Of a stretch of DNA of 64,000 nt, positions 51,855-64,000 are shown piece by piece (the stretch's first letter is position 1; the number at the start of each line of letters is the position of its first letter). Both the position numbers and the translations under genes were made by a program. The notes beneath the pieces are model-generated. The model was not told the DNA's origin. It searched no databases and saw only the letters and a list, made by a program, of their open reading frames with translations. Source of the stretch: Eledone cirrhosa (taxonomy: Eukaryota); the NCBI GenBank assembly GCA_964016885.1, contig OZ024740.1, forward strand, positions 149,234,001-149,298,000, written 5' to 3'.

Positions 51855-51905
51855 AGTTTCAGAAGATCCCGTTAAGGGTGAAAGCAGCGATTCTTTGCTT
51901 AAACT
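51855..51905 (+). ncRNA. Type I hammerhead-like motif, U4A variant (solo pLTR end)
   Basis: Identical to 50703-50753, sitting between (TA)n tracts. Confidence 0.65.
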
Positions 51906-52128
51906 TTAATCTGTTATTTTAATAAATATTTCCTCTACGGTTCTTATATATTTGATATATATTTATCCTTATCGAGCCCTCTTTGGATTTTAGTCTTCAA
52001 ATTTATTATTATTACTATATATATATATATGTATATGAAATATCAATGATGTTGGCAAATCACTGACGAAGGACTAATTTGATCATATGTAACCCATGTG
52101 CAACCACGCAGTATTCTTCTTTCTTCTC

Positions 52129-52173
<45 letters not shown>

Positions 52174-52189
52174 GCATACATACATATAT

Positions 52190-52223
<34 letters not shown>

Positions 52224-52624
52224 GTCTCCTCTGACATGTCAGTTAACACTTTCTCTCTACTGACCTCTTCCTCGCACTCCCACTCACTCAGTCCCTATTT
52301 CTCCCCTTCTTACTTCCTCCCGTTCGCTTCGAAAACGATTTTCCTTCTTTCTAACATCGGATTCACTAGCGAAAGGTCTGTTTCTAACTCGCACATATAT
52401 TCACACAGCTTATGCTGAAAGAATAACCATGTTGCTTGTGTTTATTTCCATCTTCGATGAGCTTTCCCCTGTGTTGTTTACTTGTCTCACTCGCTTTACG
52501 CGTTTCTATTGTCCTAATAAGTTATTTTAGTTATTATCGCTCCAACGTGAGGTATATGATTTTTAATGCGATGAAATACCAATGATCGTTGGCAAATCAC
52601 TGATGAGGGACTTAGCCCAGTAGA

Positions 52625-53600
52625 CGTCCCTCCTCCTTCTTCCCCTGTTGATGTCAAGTCCCCACCCAACGCACTTGGGATGCCATCCAGTGCAGCCTGG
52701 CCTCAGACAGGCTCACGCGCCAGCTCGACCAGCACCGCCTTGCTTGATTTTGTGCGGCCTCCAAACCTTACAGTGGTGCCTGGCTCCATGATCTGCCCTC
52801 CTTCTCCACTGGCACGCAGCTAGACAACCATAGCCTGCGAATCAGCGTTTCCCTGAGGCTCGGCCTCCGGATCTGCCAGCCACACCAATGTCGCTGCGGT
52901 TCCATCGTGGACTCTTTCGGCCTCCACCCGCTTTCCTGTCGCCACAGTGCCGGCCGCATTCCACGCCATACTGACCTCAACGAGGTCATTAAGCATGGCT
53001 TGGACGTGCAGGCTTCCCTTCCCAGCTCGAGCCGGTGGGGCTGGATCGAGGAGACGGCAAAAGGCCAGATGGCATGGCCATCTTCCCGTTACGCGGTGGC
53101 AAACCCCTCGTCTGGGATGTCACTTGCACCAATACTTTCTGATACTTGCACCGATGCCACTTACACCGATACTTTCCAATACTTGCACCGATACTTCTGA
53201 GACTGACCCAGGTTCTGCTGCACGTCGGGCTGAGGGGGCCAAACTCCTCAAATACCGGTCGCTCTCCGACAGGTTTGCGGTCGTTCCCCTGGCAGTGGAA
53301 ACTTCTGGTGTCCTCGGCTCCAGGGCTACCTCCTTACTCACCACCATAGGCGCTGAGATGGCCAGCCGCAGGTGTGAGCCCCGCGATTTGGAGTGGCTTT
53401 TCCAGTGCGTCTCCCTTGCCGTCCTCCGGGGAAATGCCTTCTCCATTCTGTCCGCCGGGGCTGTGCGTGGGCTCCATCGCGTACCAATACATTAGTTAAA
53501 TACCATTCTTTCATCGTTACAACTTATATCCACATTAATGACGTATTATCTTTGTTGTCACTGTACATTTGTAATGCCCAATGCTAAATCGTAAATTTCC
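52625..53600 (+). mobile_element. 5'-truncated CRE-clade non-LTR retrotransposon (CCHC + RLE)
   Basis: SGAWLHDLP..LDNHSLRISVSLRLG..CRCG..D..GLHPLSC..GRIPRH; GSAARRAEGAKLLKY..VVPLAVETSGVLG..SLAVLRGNA. Confidence 0.8.
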
Positions 53601-53739
53601 TAAATTGTAATGCCCAATGCTAAATCGTAAATTTGCGCTGCAAATTTCGAGGAAATCGGCTAGTTTATCTTTAAGTTACACTTCAAAATGCCGTAAACAT
53701 TTTTCAGTTATTTTTCAAACTGAAAAATGTTATATGCAC

Positions 53740-54034
53740 CTCTTGACCAGGATTGAACCTAAGGATAGGTCTCCACCATCTCTAGTACTTTCCGCTAGGC
53801 CACAGAGACAACTACGAAAATCTCATGAAAATTCATACTTATAAACCTACTTTCCAAATTTTCAAAACAAAGTGTTGTGGTGTCGTTGATGTCTTTCTTA
53901 TTGCTCCTACTTACGGCCGACTTCTAAATCATTTGGGTGTTCCATAAACAACATCCTCGTTTTGTTTCACATCTATCTAGACTATATTTTAACCTGTAAT
54001 CGATGTTTCATTTCAGTTGCACTTCATTTCTCGT

Positions 54035-54080
<46 letters not shown>

Positions 54081-54146
54081 ATTTGAATCTACTATGATTT
54101 GGGCATACTTTCTTCATATATATGCTTTTGCATGTCAGATTAGCAT

Positions 54147-54147
<1 letters not shown>
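53740..54147 (-). repeat. Interspersed repeat with an internal tRNA-like Pol III promoter (longer copy 56820-57543; parts at 47482-47620 and 48165-48345)
   Basis: Minus 53740-53807 has TGGCCTAGCGG (A box) and GGTTCAATCC (B box); flanks align with 57122-57543. Confidence 0.55.
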
Positions 54148-54209
<62 letters not shown>

Positions 54210-54437
54210 ATATATATCTACATATACAGATATATCTACATATACATATATATTTGTACATACACACATATGTACATTTGTGAGTGTATATACATACATA
54301 TACACATACCTAACTCTATTTCCTTATATTTTTTGTATATTTTTCTATATTTTTTAATATATCTCTTGAATTACTTTTATTTATATATTTTTTGCATTTC
54401 TTGAGGAGACTTTCCAAATATTTCATTATGTTTTATA

Positions 54438-54514
54438 TTACCTTGTCCGACGAACGAATGAGGACGGTTTTTTTCGTATTCGTCTTATTCGGGAAACCTC
54501 TGGTAATGAGGTAA
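54438..54514 (+). ncRNA. Type I hammerhead ribozyme, U4C variant
   Basis: ttaccttgt-CCGACGA-acgaatgaggacg...cgtcttattcgg-GAAA-cc(tct)gg-TA-atgaggtaa; all three stems pair. Confidence 0.7.
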
Positions 54515-54615
54515 TTATATTGTATTGTTTATTATACATTACATTTTGCTCTGGTACTTACATAGAGCACTCTTCACTCTTATGACTTTTTCAATTGTCA
54601 ACGGAAATTTCAATA

Positions 54616-54649
<34 letters not shown>

Positions 54650-54793
54650 CGTAGACCACGGAGCGTAGGTGCAGAAACGCACCTGCACCGTGTCGTATGT
54701 GTGACAGTATTGTATAAGCTCAATGTACGAGAACAGAGCCGTTACATGTAAAAGAAATCAAATAACGCCTACATACTCATGCAATGTTTATTT

Positions 54794-54840
54794 GCTGACA
54801 ATGTGTCATCCATACCAAGGGGCAGGATCCTCATCAGAGC
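54794..54840 (-). ncRNA. Hammerhead motif, GAAA mutated to GACA
   Basis: gct-CTGATGA-ggatcctgcc(cctt)ggtatggat-GACA-cattg-TC-agc, then AATAAA. Confidence 0.6.
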
Positions 54841-56651
54841 TTTATAAACAAAAATACAGTGCTGAGTATAAGCTCTACAGAGCTTAGTCACATGAACATT
54901 AGAAATACAATAGGGAGATCGGAAATGGCGAGTACGGAGAGAGTGCATAGTGGGGTTGTTATTCATCACTATAGCTATATGCTAGGGTACAGGCAGATTT
55001 TTTCACAAGATGCAGAAGCACGTGAGGGCATACATAAGCAAAAAGTATAAACAATATTTAAAACATATAATAATAAAGTGAAAGGAAAATAATAATATAA
55101 AGAGATAAATAAAAAATAAAAAAATAAAAAATAAAAAATGTTAAAGCTCACAAAAAACCACAGAAAGGTATGCGTTGGTTACTATATATAACAGGTTATT
55201 TAGTTCTCCATAACTTAGAGTTATAGAAATACTAAGAGGCTCCTAAGTTACCTTCAGAAAGTCCAATGGGGATTTTATTCCTCTCCATAGTATACATTAT
55301 CAACGTATACTAGTAGGTTACGGAATTACGTGGACCATGGGTTCTAAACCTGTATATAGACAGGCACCATATCAATACAAGCCAAACACAAGCAAAGCGG
55401 GGTTATTGCATGATCAAGCTGAAGCAAAAATACATAACAAAAATGGTTTAATTCCTGTAAAAATCACACATCTGGCGAGGAGTCACTACATATGCATATC
55501 TACCGTAGAGGTTAGTCCAATCAGTTTCATATGCCCCGATTGTCGAGGGGTTATAAAGATAGTGGATTGTCCGTAGATAGTAATTCGGTCCAGAGTTTAC
55601 AACATATGTAGATCGTCCGTAAAGTGCAATCCAGTCGGATTCATACGCTCACCAAAACATATCATCACATATAATAACATGTATTACAGGCTGAATTTAC
55701 ACATAAAAAAATCCCCACACGTTTAAAATCCCAGACCGTGAAGTACAATGTGTCCAAGTTGCAGCTCCAGATTCTGTACAACCAAATTCGTCACACCTAA
55801 TCCAGCCGCGAACACGTCCAAATAATACCAGAAATGTTGATGTGTATATTCAGCCTGTATTGCATGTTACTATATGTGATGATATGTTTTGGTGAGCGTA
55901 TGAATCCGACTGGGTTGCACTTTACGGACGATCTACATATGTTGTAAACTCTGGACCGAATTACTATCTACGGACAATCCACTATCTTTATAACTCCTCG
56001 ACAATCGGGGCATATGAAACTGATTGGACTAACCTCTACGGTAGATATGCATATGTAGTGACCCCTCGCCAGATGTGTGTGTTTTACAGGAACTAAACCA
56101 ATTTTGTTATGGATGTTTGCTTCAGCTTGATCATGCAATAACCCCGCTTTGATTGTGTTTGGCTTGTATTGATATGGTGCCTATAATTATGTATACTATG
56201 GAGAGGAATAAAATCCCCTTTGGACTTTCTGAAGGTAACTTAGGAGCCTCTTAGTATTTCTATAACTCTTAGTTATGGAGAACTAAATAACCTGTTATAT
56301 ATAGTAACCAACGCATAGCTTCCTCTGGTTTTTGTGAGCTTTAACATTTTTTTTATTTTTTTTTTTTATTTAACTCTTTATATTATTATTTTCCTTTCAC
56401 TTTATTATTATATGTTTTAACTATTGTTATATACTTTTTGCTTATGTATGCCCTCACGTGCTTCCGCATCTTGTGAAAGAATCTGCCTGTACCCTAGCAT
56501 ATAGCTATAGTGATGAATAACAACCCCACTATGCACTCTCTCTGTACTCGCCATTTCCGATCTCCCTCTTGTTATCCTCTATTGTATTTCTAATGTTCAT
56601 GTGACTAAGCTTGGTAGAGCTTATACTCAGCACTGTATGTTTGTTTATAAA

Positions 56652-56696
56652 GCTCTGATGATTTCTGCCCTATGGTATGGATGAAACATTGTTAGC
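56652..56696 (+). ncRNA. Minimal type I hammerhead ribozyme
   Basis: gct-CTGATGA-tttctgcc(ctat)ggtatggat-GAAA-cattg-TT-agc, then AATAAA. Confidence 0.7.
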
Positions 56697-56740
56697 AAAT
56701 AAAAATTGTAAGAGTATGTAGGCGTTCTTTGATTTCTTTT

Positions 56741-56822
<82 letters not shown>

Positions 56823-57564
56823 TGTTTGCTAAAACAATTAGGAATAATAAGGTTGTTACCAAAGCTCCAAAAGATTGACAAGTCGACCCTAAATATTACT
56901 AATTGCTCTAGGAAACCCATGAACGACACCATATCTTTTTAACTTGGATTTTGAAAGTAGGTTTACAATTATCAATTTTCATGATACTTCTGTAGCTCCT
57001 CGCTGTCCTAGTTGGAGGAATCATAGACGGTGGCGATCCTGGTCGCGAGTAGGGTTCTCGGTAAACCTTTTTCAGTTTTTCAATTGGTGGTAAAATAAAA
57101 ATTGAAAAACGTTAGATGTAACTCTTGACCAGGATTGAAACCAAGAGCAGGATCTTCGCCGTCTCTGGTACCTACCGCTAGGCCACAGAGACAACTACGG
57201 AAATCTTATGAAAATTCATACTTATAAACCTACTTTCAAAATTTTCAAAACAAAATGTTGTGGTGTCATTGATGTTATCTTTTTATTAATGTTATTGCTC
57301 CTACTTAAGGTCGACTTCTAAATCATACCCGTTTTGTTTCACATGTATCTAAACTATATTTTAACCTGTAATCTATGTTTCATTTCTGTTCCACCTCATT
57401 TCTCCCCATATCCCCCCCCCTCCCTAACTCTCTATCTATTTCTCTCTCTCTGATATTTGAATCTACTATGATTTGGGCTTACCTTATTCCTATATATATA
57501 TGTTTTGCATGTCAGTTAGATTCAAACTTACAATGATTGGCATTATATATATATATATATATTT

Positions 57565-59225
57565 ATATTTATTAAAATAACAGATTAAAGTTTAAGCAAA
57601 GAATCGCTGCTTTCACCCTTAACGGGATCTTCTGAAACTAACAAAGTCAATCTGTAAACGCAGAACTGGATATTTCAAAAAACGTTGCAACCGGAGGAAG
57701 ACAGGAAGACGATACTTTGGTTCGTGGTAACGTTCGCTGGCAAAGAACGGGAAAAAACGAATAATACGTCATTAATAGGAGCGGTGAAAAACAATTACGC
57801 GCAAAGACAGAACCACGTTTATGGTATAAAAGAGGTCGTAGACTAATGTTCTCTTAGGTGGTGCATAGAGACGTTCTCTGGCAATGAACGAAAAAACGAA
57901 GATAATAAGTCAAATGTGGAGCGTGGAGAACAATAGCACCCAAAGACAAAACCACGTAAATGGTATAGCAGAAGTTGTAGACTAAATTCTAACTAGGAGA
58001 CCAAATGAATCTCCGCTACAGAGTTAAGAACAAAGTAAATAAATACAATACAGAAGTAATAGAACCAAATAAATACATACACGCAAACAGATACGTACAT
58101 ACACAAGCATACGCAAAACCTTACCATAGATATACAAAACCACGCACATATAAATATGTGTGTGTATGCTTGTGTACAAATAAATAAATAATTATATAAA
58201 CGTATATAAGTAAATAAATACGTATATAACAAGCGCACACGCATACCTACATATAAATACACGAATGTTCGGAGACGTAAGTCAATTAAAACAAGAAGTA
58301 CACATATACACACACCCACCATACGTACGAACCTGCATACACACGCAGACGCAAAACTCCCGTATACACATAGCCAAACCCTAAATACCAGAATATGTAA
58401 AAATTATACGCTATAACAGTCAAATATACGTACGAGAAGGTATACATACCTTCACAAAACATACGGGTAACATATACTTACCTATGCAAATAAGTAAAGG
58501 AATAAACAAACATATACTTAGCTTCCACATCAAGACGTAAAATATCCACATATAAATCGTTCTATCCGTTAGGGTATAACGTGGGGCTGTAATACAGGAA
58601 AGTTTTGTGCAATTTATGTTTACAAGCCGAAATTGCCTCAGATTTTTTGTTTAAGATGTGGTCTGTGGCGTAGAGTATTTCCAGGGCCTCAGCGGCACAG
58701 AGGTCACATGGTCTTTTATTTCCGTTATACGATCTAGCCCTAGCTAGGATCTCCCAGTGTAACTTATATTGGGTGTGGTTGTCTTTTAGACTCCAGATAT
58801 AAGCTGAAAGTGACGTCATATTCCTTCTAAGAGGGTAACGAAAAGAATGGGTATGCATGTAAAGACGCTGCTTGAAACTAAGGCGGTTAACCCTATGTAG
58901 GCCCTACGGGACGTGGGTGTTACAACCTTACATTTGTAGACAATGTTACTAGAGAGGCATTTCCCGGATAGAGGGCAATCAGCCCGATTCCTACAATTAC
59001 AGTTAGTACTAACTACAGGGTTGCACGTGTTCCTACGGCTAGGTAGTTTAGCTAAATTTGAAGCTGTGATGTTATGTGCAATGTTAGGAGTCGTAGAGTA
59101 AGAAATTTTAATAGTATTTCTATTAAATTTTTTTACTATATTTATGTGTGGGGGAAAATGCTTCGTAATAAGGGAAAGAAAGATCTTAGCTAATGGTGTG
59201 GCCACCTCCATATTATATGGTGGAT
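57565..59225 (-). mobile_element. Second 5'-truncated copy of the 48-50 kb Penelope family
   Basis: ORFs 58816-59211 and 58562-58858: FNRNTIKISYS, CNCR..CPLSGKCL..IVYKC..YIGLT, CDLCAAE; complete 3' region with hammerhead. Confidence 0.88.
57589..57639 (-). ncRNA. Type I hammerhead-like motif, U4A variant
   Basis: Reverse complement of 50703-50753, located at the element's 3' end before AATAAA. Confidence 0.65.
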
Positions 59226-60119
<894 letters not shown>

Positions 60120-60127
60120 CTCTGAAA

Positions 60128-60420
60128 GCGCGGGGCTTAGTGGTTAAAGCGTTGGCTTCACAATCGTGAGGTTGTGTGTTAGATAGCTGGACCGGGCGGT
60201 GTGTTGTGCCTTTGAGCAAGAGACATTATTTCACGTTGTTCTAGTTCACTCAGCTGTAGAAATGAGTTATTAGGTCTCCGGTGCCGAGCTGCATTAGCCT
60301 TTGCTTTTTCCTTGGAAAACATTAGTGGTGTGGTATGCATGGGTGTGGTATGCATGGTCTTCCACAAAAACACATTGCCCTGGCTTGCGCCTCGAAGTTA
60401 TTCTTAACCGAAGGGGCCCT
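60128..60420 (+). mobile_element. tRNA-derived SINE (family B)
   Basis: GGCTTAGTGGTT A box, degenerate B box, core TTGAGCAAGAGACATTATTTCACGTTG..CACTCAGCTG..AATGAGT. Confidence 0.7.
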
Positions 60421-60900
60421 TTACCCTTTATATATATATGAATATTTGAACATACAAACATATATGTAAGTGTGTTCTCACATATGCTGCTTGTATGTTT
60501 TTACATTGGAGGATAGCTGCTAATAGGAAATTGTTGAGTCGACTATCATGTGTTAAGGTGAAGCAATCATATGTTGTATATTTGTATGAATGTATATACT
60601 CCAAATAAAAAGTTACAGAACAAGAAATTTGAATATATGTATATAACGATGCAATCACATTGTCAACGTATCACCGACACCACAAGTGCTCCGCCTTCTT
60701 CCATTCATTCTGTTATTATACCGCTTCAAATTCTAACTTGGTATTATACTTCAAAAGTTTTATTCGTGTTTCTTCTTCCTCGACTTGTTTAATTTCGCTA
60801 CTGATATGTCAATATAACGTCTATTGACTGTTTGCTAAAGTGGACAGGTCTAGATCGGCGTATATTCTATATTTCTCTCTCTAACTCCCATCTCTGTCAA

Positions 60901-60949
<49 letters not shown>

Positions 60950-60988
60950 CACACACACACATACACATACACGCACACATTCTCTCTG

Positions 60989-61053
<65 letters not shown>

Positions 61054-61409
61054 CTCTGATCACTAACACATTCTCTCGCTCTCTCTCTCTCTCTCTCTCA
61101 AACTCTCTCTGTTTCTCTATAACCATAATATGCGTCTTTTCTTTCCTTTTTTTTCCCTAATTCTATTTACATATATACAAAAAAAGTGGGTGGGCCGTAA
61201 GTCGTCCAGCAACGCACTGACACAGAAAGCATTGTCACAGACGATTGCTAGACGCCTCCACTTCAACAAACACACCTTGTACTTAGAAGGTATTAGGAAT
61301 TTATTTACTAATTTACTTTGTAGCATATTGCAACCCCATCTTCAATCACTGGCTTGTATTCTGCTTGTTTCATATCGTGTCGCCTCGTCTTCTAAACGCT
61401 GTAGTTAAA

Positions 61410-62285
61410 GGGGCAATTTTCCCGATAGACTCAGCTGATAGCTGGATCCGTCATACACATGACAGCGTGTGTTCGACGTAAACCCACAAGGCAGCAGTAC
61501 TCCGGCATTTGATGAGTTCGTGCAGCATGGATCCGTCACCATGTGCGCATCTTGGATAGGCCCGGTTGACGGCAGTTCCATGCCTGTAGAGTTTATCTCG
61601 AACTGGCAAAGCTCTCCGTTAGCACTGCCAAGCTAAGGATTCCTGGAAGTTCCCCGGAAAAGTTTGGCTGGTTGACAATCGTTGACGTCCAGATTCGACG
61701 CAAGAACGTCGTCTCTTTTATCTTACACAAACCCTCTGTAGCACGTCATGGTGGAGTCTCCACCAATTATACTGTCAGAGGGCTGTGAGCGTTCGAAAAC
61801 ATTCCTGTCATTCTCTAGGTCTTCGCTTCTCCAAGAACTGCAGCTTTGTCAAGGAGACGAACCGGGGAAAAATTTGTCCAGTGTACGGTGACCTCACCGG
61901 TTCGCCGACCTTTCAGGGATAACTTCTCGGACCATTTCTGGCGGAGAGAAGCCAACCTGCTCGTTAACTCATCCCAGTATTGTCCAACTGGAGGTCAGGA
62001 CCAAATCAGACCACTGTTGGACGGCTTGGCCATGACTCTCCAGGTGCCGAGCTACAGATCCATCGCTTTTCGTACTTTATTTTTACTCCTGTTCCTGTTA
62101 CCGCTTCCTATTCCCTGAGAGCAGTGCCGATCATCCCAATGTGCTTGGTGTTTGAGACCACTACGGTGACGTCGTTAGCATATGTTGATACAGATATCCC
62201 ATATCCTAGTTCGCGTGGAATGCTCCTCAACGTCTCCAATTTGTGCAGTAATAGCTCGAAAATCAATACATACAAAAGGGACGAA
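61410..62285 (-). mobile_element. Decayed, internally deleted Tx1 ORF2 fragment
   Basis: SSLLYVLIFELLLHKLETLRSIPRELG..STYANDVTVVVSN matches the array copies. Confidence 0.85.
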
Positions 62286-62289
62286 ACAA

Positions 62290-62720
62290 GTATATGGATA
62301 AATACATCTAAATGAATGTTGTAATTATAAAGAGAGAAAAGCATGATTGAAAAGAAATCATAATGAACATTTTCAGTTTTATATGCCAATACATATTGTA
62401 TTTTTAAGATGGGTTTCGGATATATTTTTTATAAATAAGTATCGGGAAAGACGAATAATATAGACATTGACATTATACATAAGCACAAGGCATAGATATA
62501 TAATGAAGCAGAATCGAAAATATGTGACATCCATATTTTACACAACATTGCTAGCTGCCACGGTTAGTTGCACAATGTGTTCGATCATGAAAACGAAATC
62601 GTCTCATGAATCCAACTTACTACCAGCTTTCTACTAATATTACAGCAGCTGAAAAAATAGCAGTTAAGGTTGGATTCAAGCAGAGAGCTTTGAATGATAA
62701 AGAATATAATTTATGAACTA
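62290..62720 (-). pseudogene. Possible rhodopsin-class GPCR remnant (TM2-TM5-like pieces)
   Basis: Hand translation gives TLTAIFSAAVILVESW; LAMLCKIWMSHIFDSASLYIYALCLCIMSM (TM3-like); ILFVFPDTYL..QCIG; YDFFSIMLFSL. Many stops and frameshifts, no DRY motif. Confidence 0.35.
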
Positions 62721-63775
62721 GAAGAAAGAAACTGTCTCATCAATCCTCACAGTATTGTCTTTATTTCTCCTTAATCCAGCGTTAACACAGCTGCTCCTTA
62801 TTTTTAATGATAGCAATATTATACCACAGGGAATATTGTTGAGTATAAAGTATTTTATTAATCGTTGTTATTCGTTGGAGACACAAGCATAAAATCACAA
62901 GTTTCACAATAAGCATTTCCTGTTTCCAGTACATGAGGATGTTTAACTTTTATAGAAATATAAAGAATTTTAGCATTAATCTCATTACATACTTCAGCAT
63001 ATTGCTAATATAATTAATTTTAAATGTGAATCATTCTAGTTTTATTACTGGGTGATATGTCTTATTTCATATTTGTACTGAATGATAACATATTCTTACT
63101 AGAATTATATATCATTCATTCATTTACAATTTGAAGTGGAAACAAGCAGATTTTTTCAACTTATTTAAATAATATTTATTTATACATACATGGAATTTTA
63201 AATATTGAATAACAAAAATATGCACGAATAAACAAACGTTTTTCAAATATGATCAAATTTTACATTATTAAATTATATTTGTCAACATAGCACTCCACTA
63301 AATTCTTCAGATTAGAGGTTATATTTTCAGATTTTATATACCAGCATAAGTGGACTTTTTATGTTGTACCAGTAGGGTCAAATACATTAGAAATGACGAC
63401 TATGCAACAGAAATTAACCGAAAGTACATTTGTTGAACATTGCATTTTTCATTAGTTTAACAAATATTGATCATTGACGAAGATCAGAGTTTACACGAAA
63501 CAGTTTTCTCAATTTAGGATTCGCATACTGAAAATATGAACTTTATCCGCAGAACATTTTAAATAAGAGAATAGCTTATTTAGTAAAAGAGATTGCTCGA
63601 ATAGAATTCCATTCAGATAAGAGAAACTCATTCAGTATTGAATTAACTATAGATAAAAAACATAACTTAAGAGGTAAATGATTTTTCTTTTAATGATTGT
63701 TTCCCAAACATAGCACGTAATCCAATGAAGACTACACAAATACAGACATACATGCGCACGCACCCACACACACAA

Positions 63776-63820
<45 letters not shown>

Positions 63821-64000
63821 ACTGAGAAGACGTTAACAATAGAGGGTGTCAGGGAAGATGTTAAAATGCTCCAAATATGTGTCTGTAGTCACCGGATATA
63901 AAGCAAATGGGGAAATCTGAAATAAGACACGCATGGCAATAATTAAATGGGTCATAGTTATTTTTTACTCAATAATTTTGTGTAAAATAAAGGTCCGAGG

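Larger units (their letters stand above)
54747..56743. mobile_element. ~2-kb Penelope fold-back (arms 54747-55704 and 55840-56743)
   Basis: Arms are diverged reverse complements; the 135-bp spacer has a minus-strand LDTLY..HGL remnant resembling a GIY-YIG C-terminus; hammerheads lie near both outer ends. Confidence 0.82.

Noticed and set aside
53740-53807. Functional tRNA gene
   Set aside because: A/B boxes are present, but there is no convincing cloverleaf or anticodon arm; it is part of a dispersed repeat.

Overview
This is AT-rich, microsatellite-laden eukaryotic DNA with no intact host gene that I can recognise. The tRNA-headed SINE set, Penelope load and (TA)n/(CA)n density look like a coleoid cephalopod (octopus-type) genome, which is an inference. 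The centre (19.2-45.2 kb) is a ~26 kb array made only of non-LTR retrotransposons separated by (AAT)n/(AAG)n tracts. It holds three R4/Dong-type elements (RT + CCHC + restriction-like endonuclease), all on +, and three Tx1/L1-type elements (ORF1 + APE/RT ORF2), all on -. Two unrelated endonuclease lineages thus appear to share one microsatellite target in opposite polarity. The Dong copies carry a ~1.3 kb 5' module laid out like the Tx1 5' ends, and the middle Tx1 is a recombinant of the other two Tx1 types. The flanks are dominated by 5'-truncated, often fold-back Penelope-like elements (GIY-YIG) with about ten hammerhead ribozyme motifs. They also contain a CRE-clade fragment, tandem RTE-derived non-autonomous elements, SINEs, a Helitron, MITEs and very decayed GPCR/LRR-like remnants. 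All family calls come from motif recognition by eye; no searches were run.
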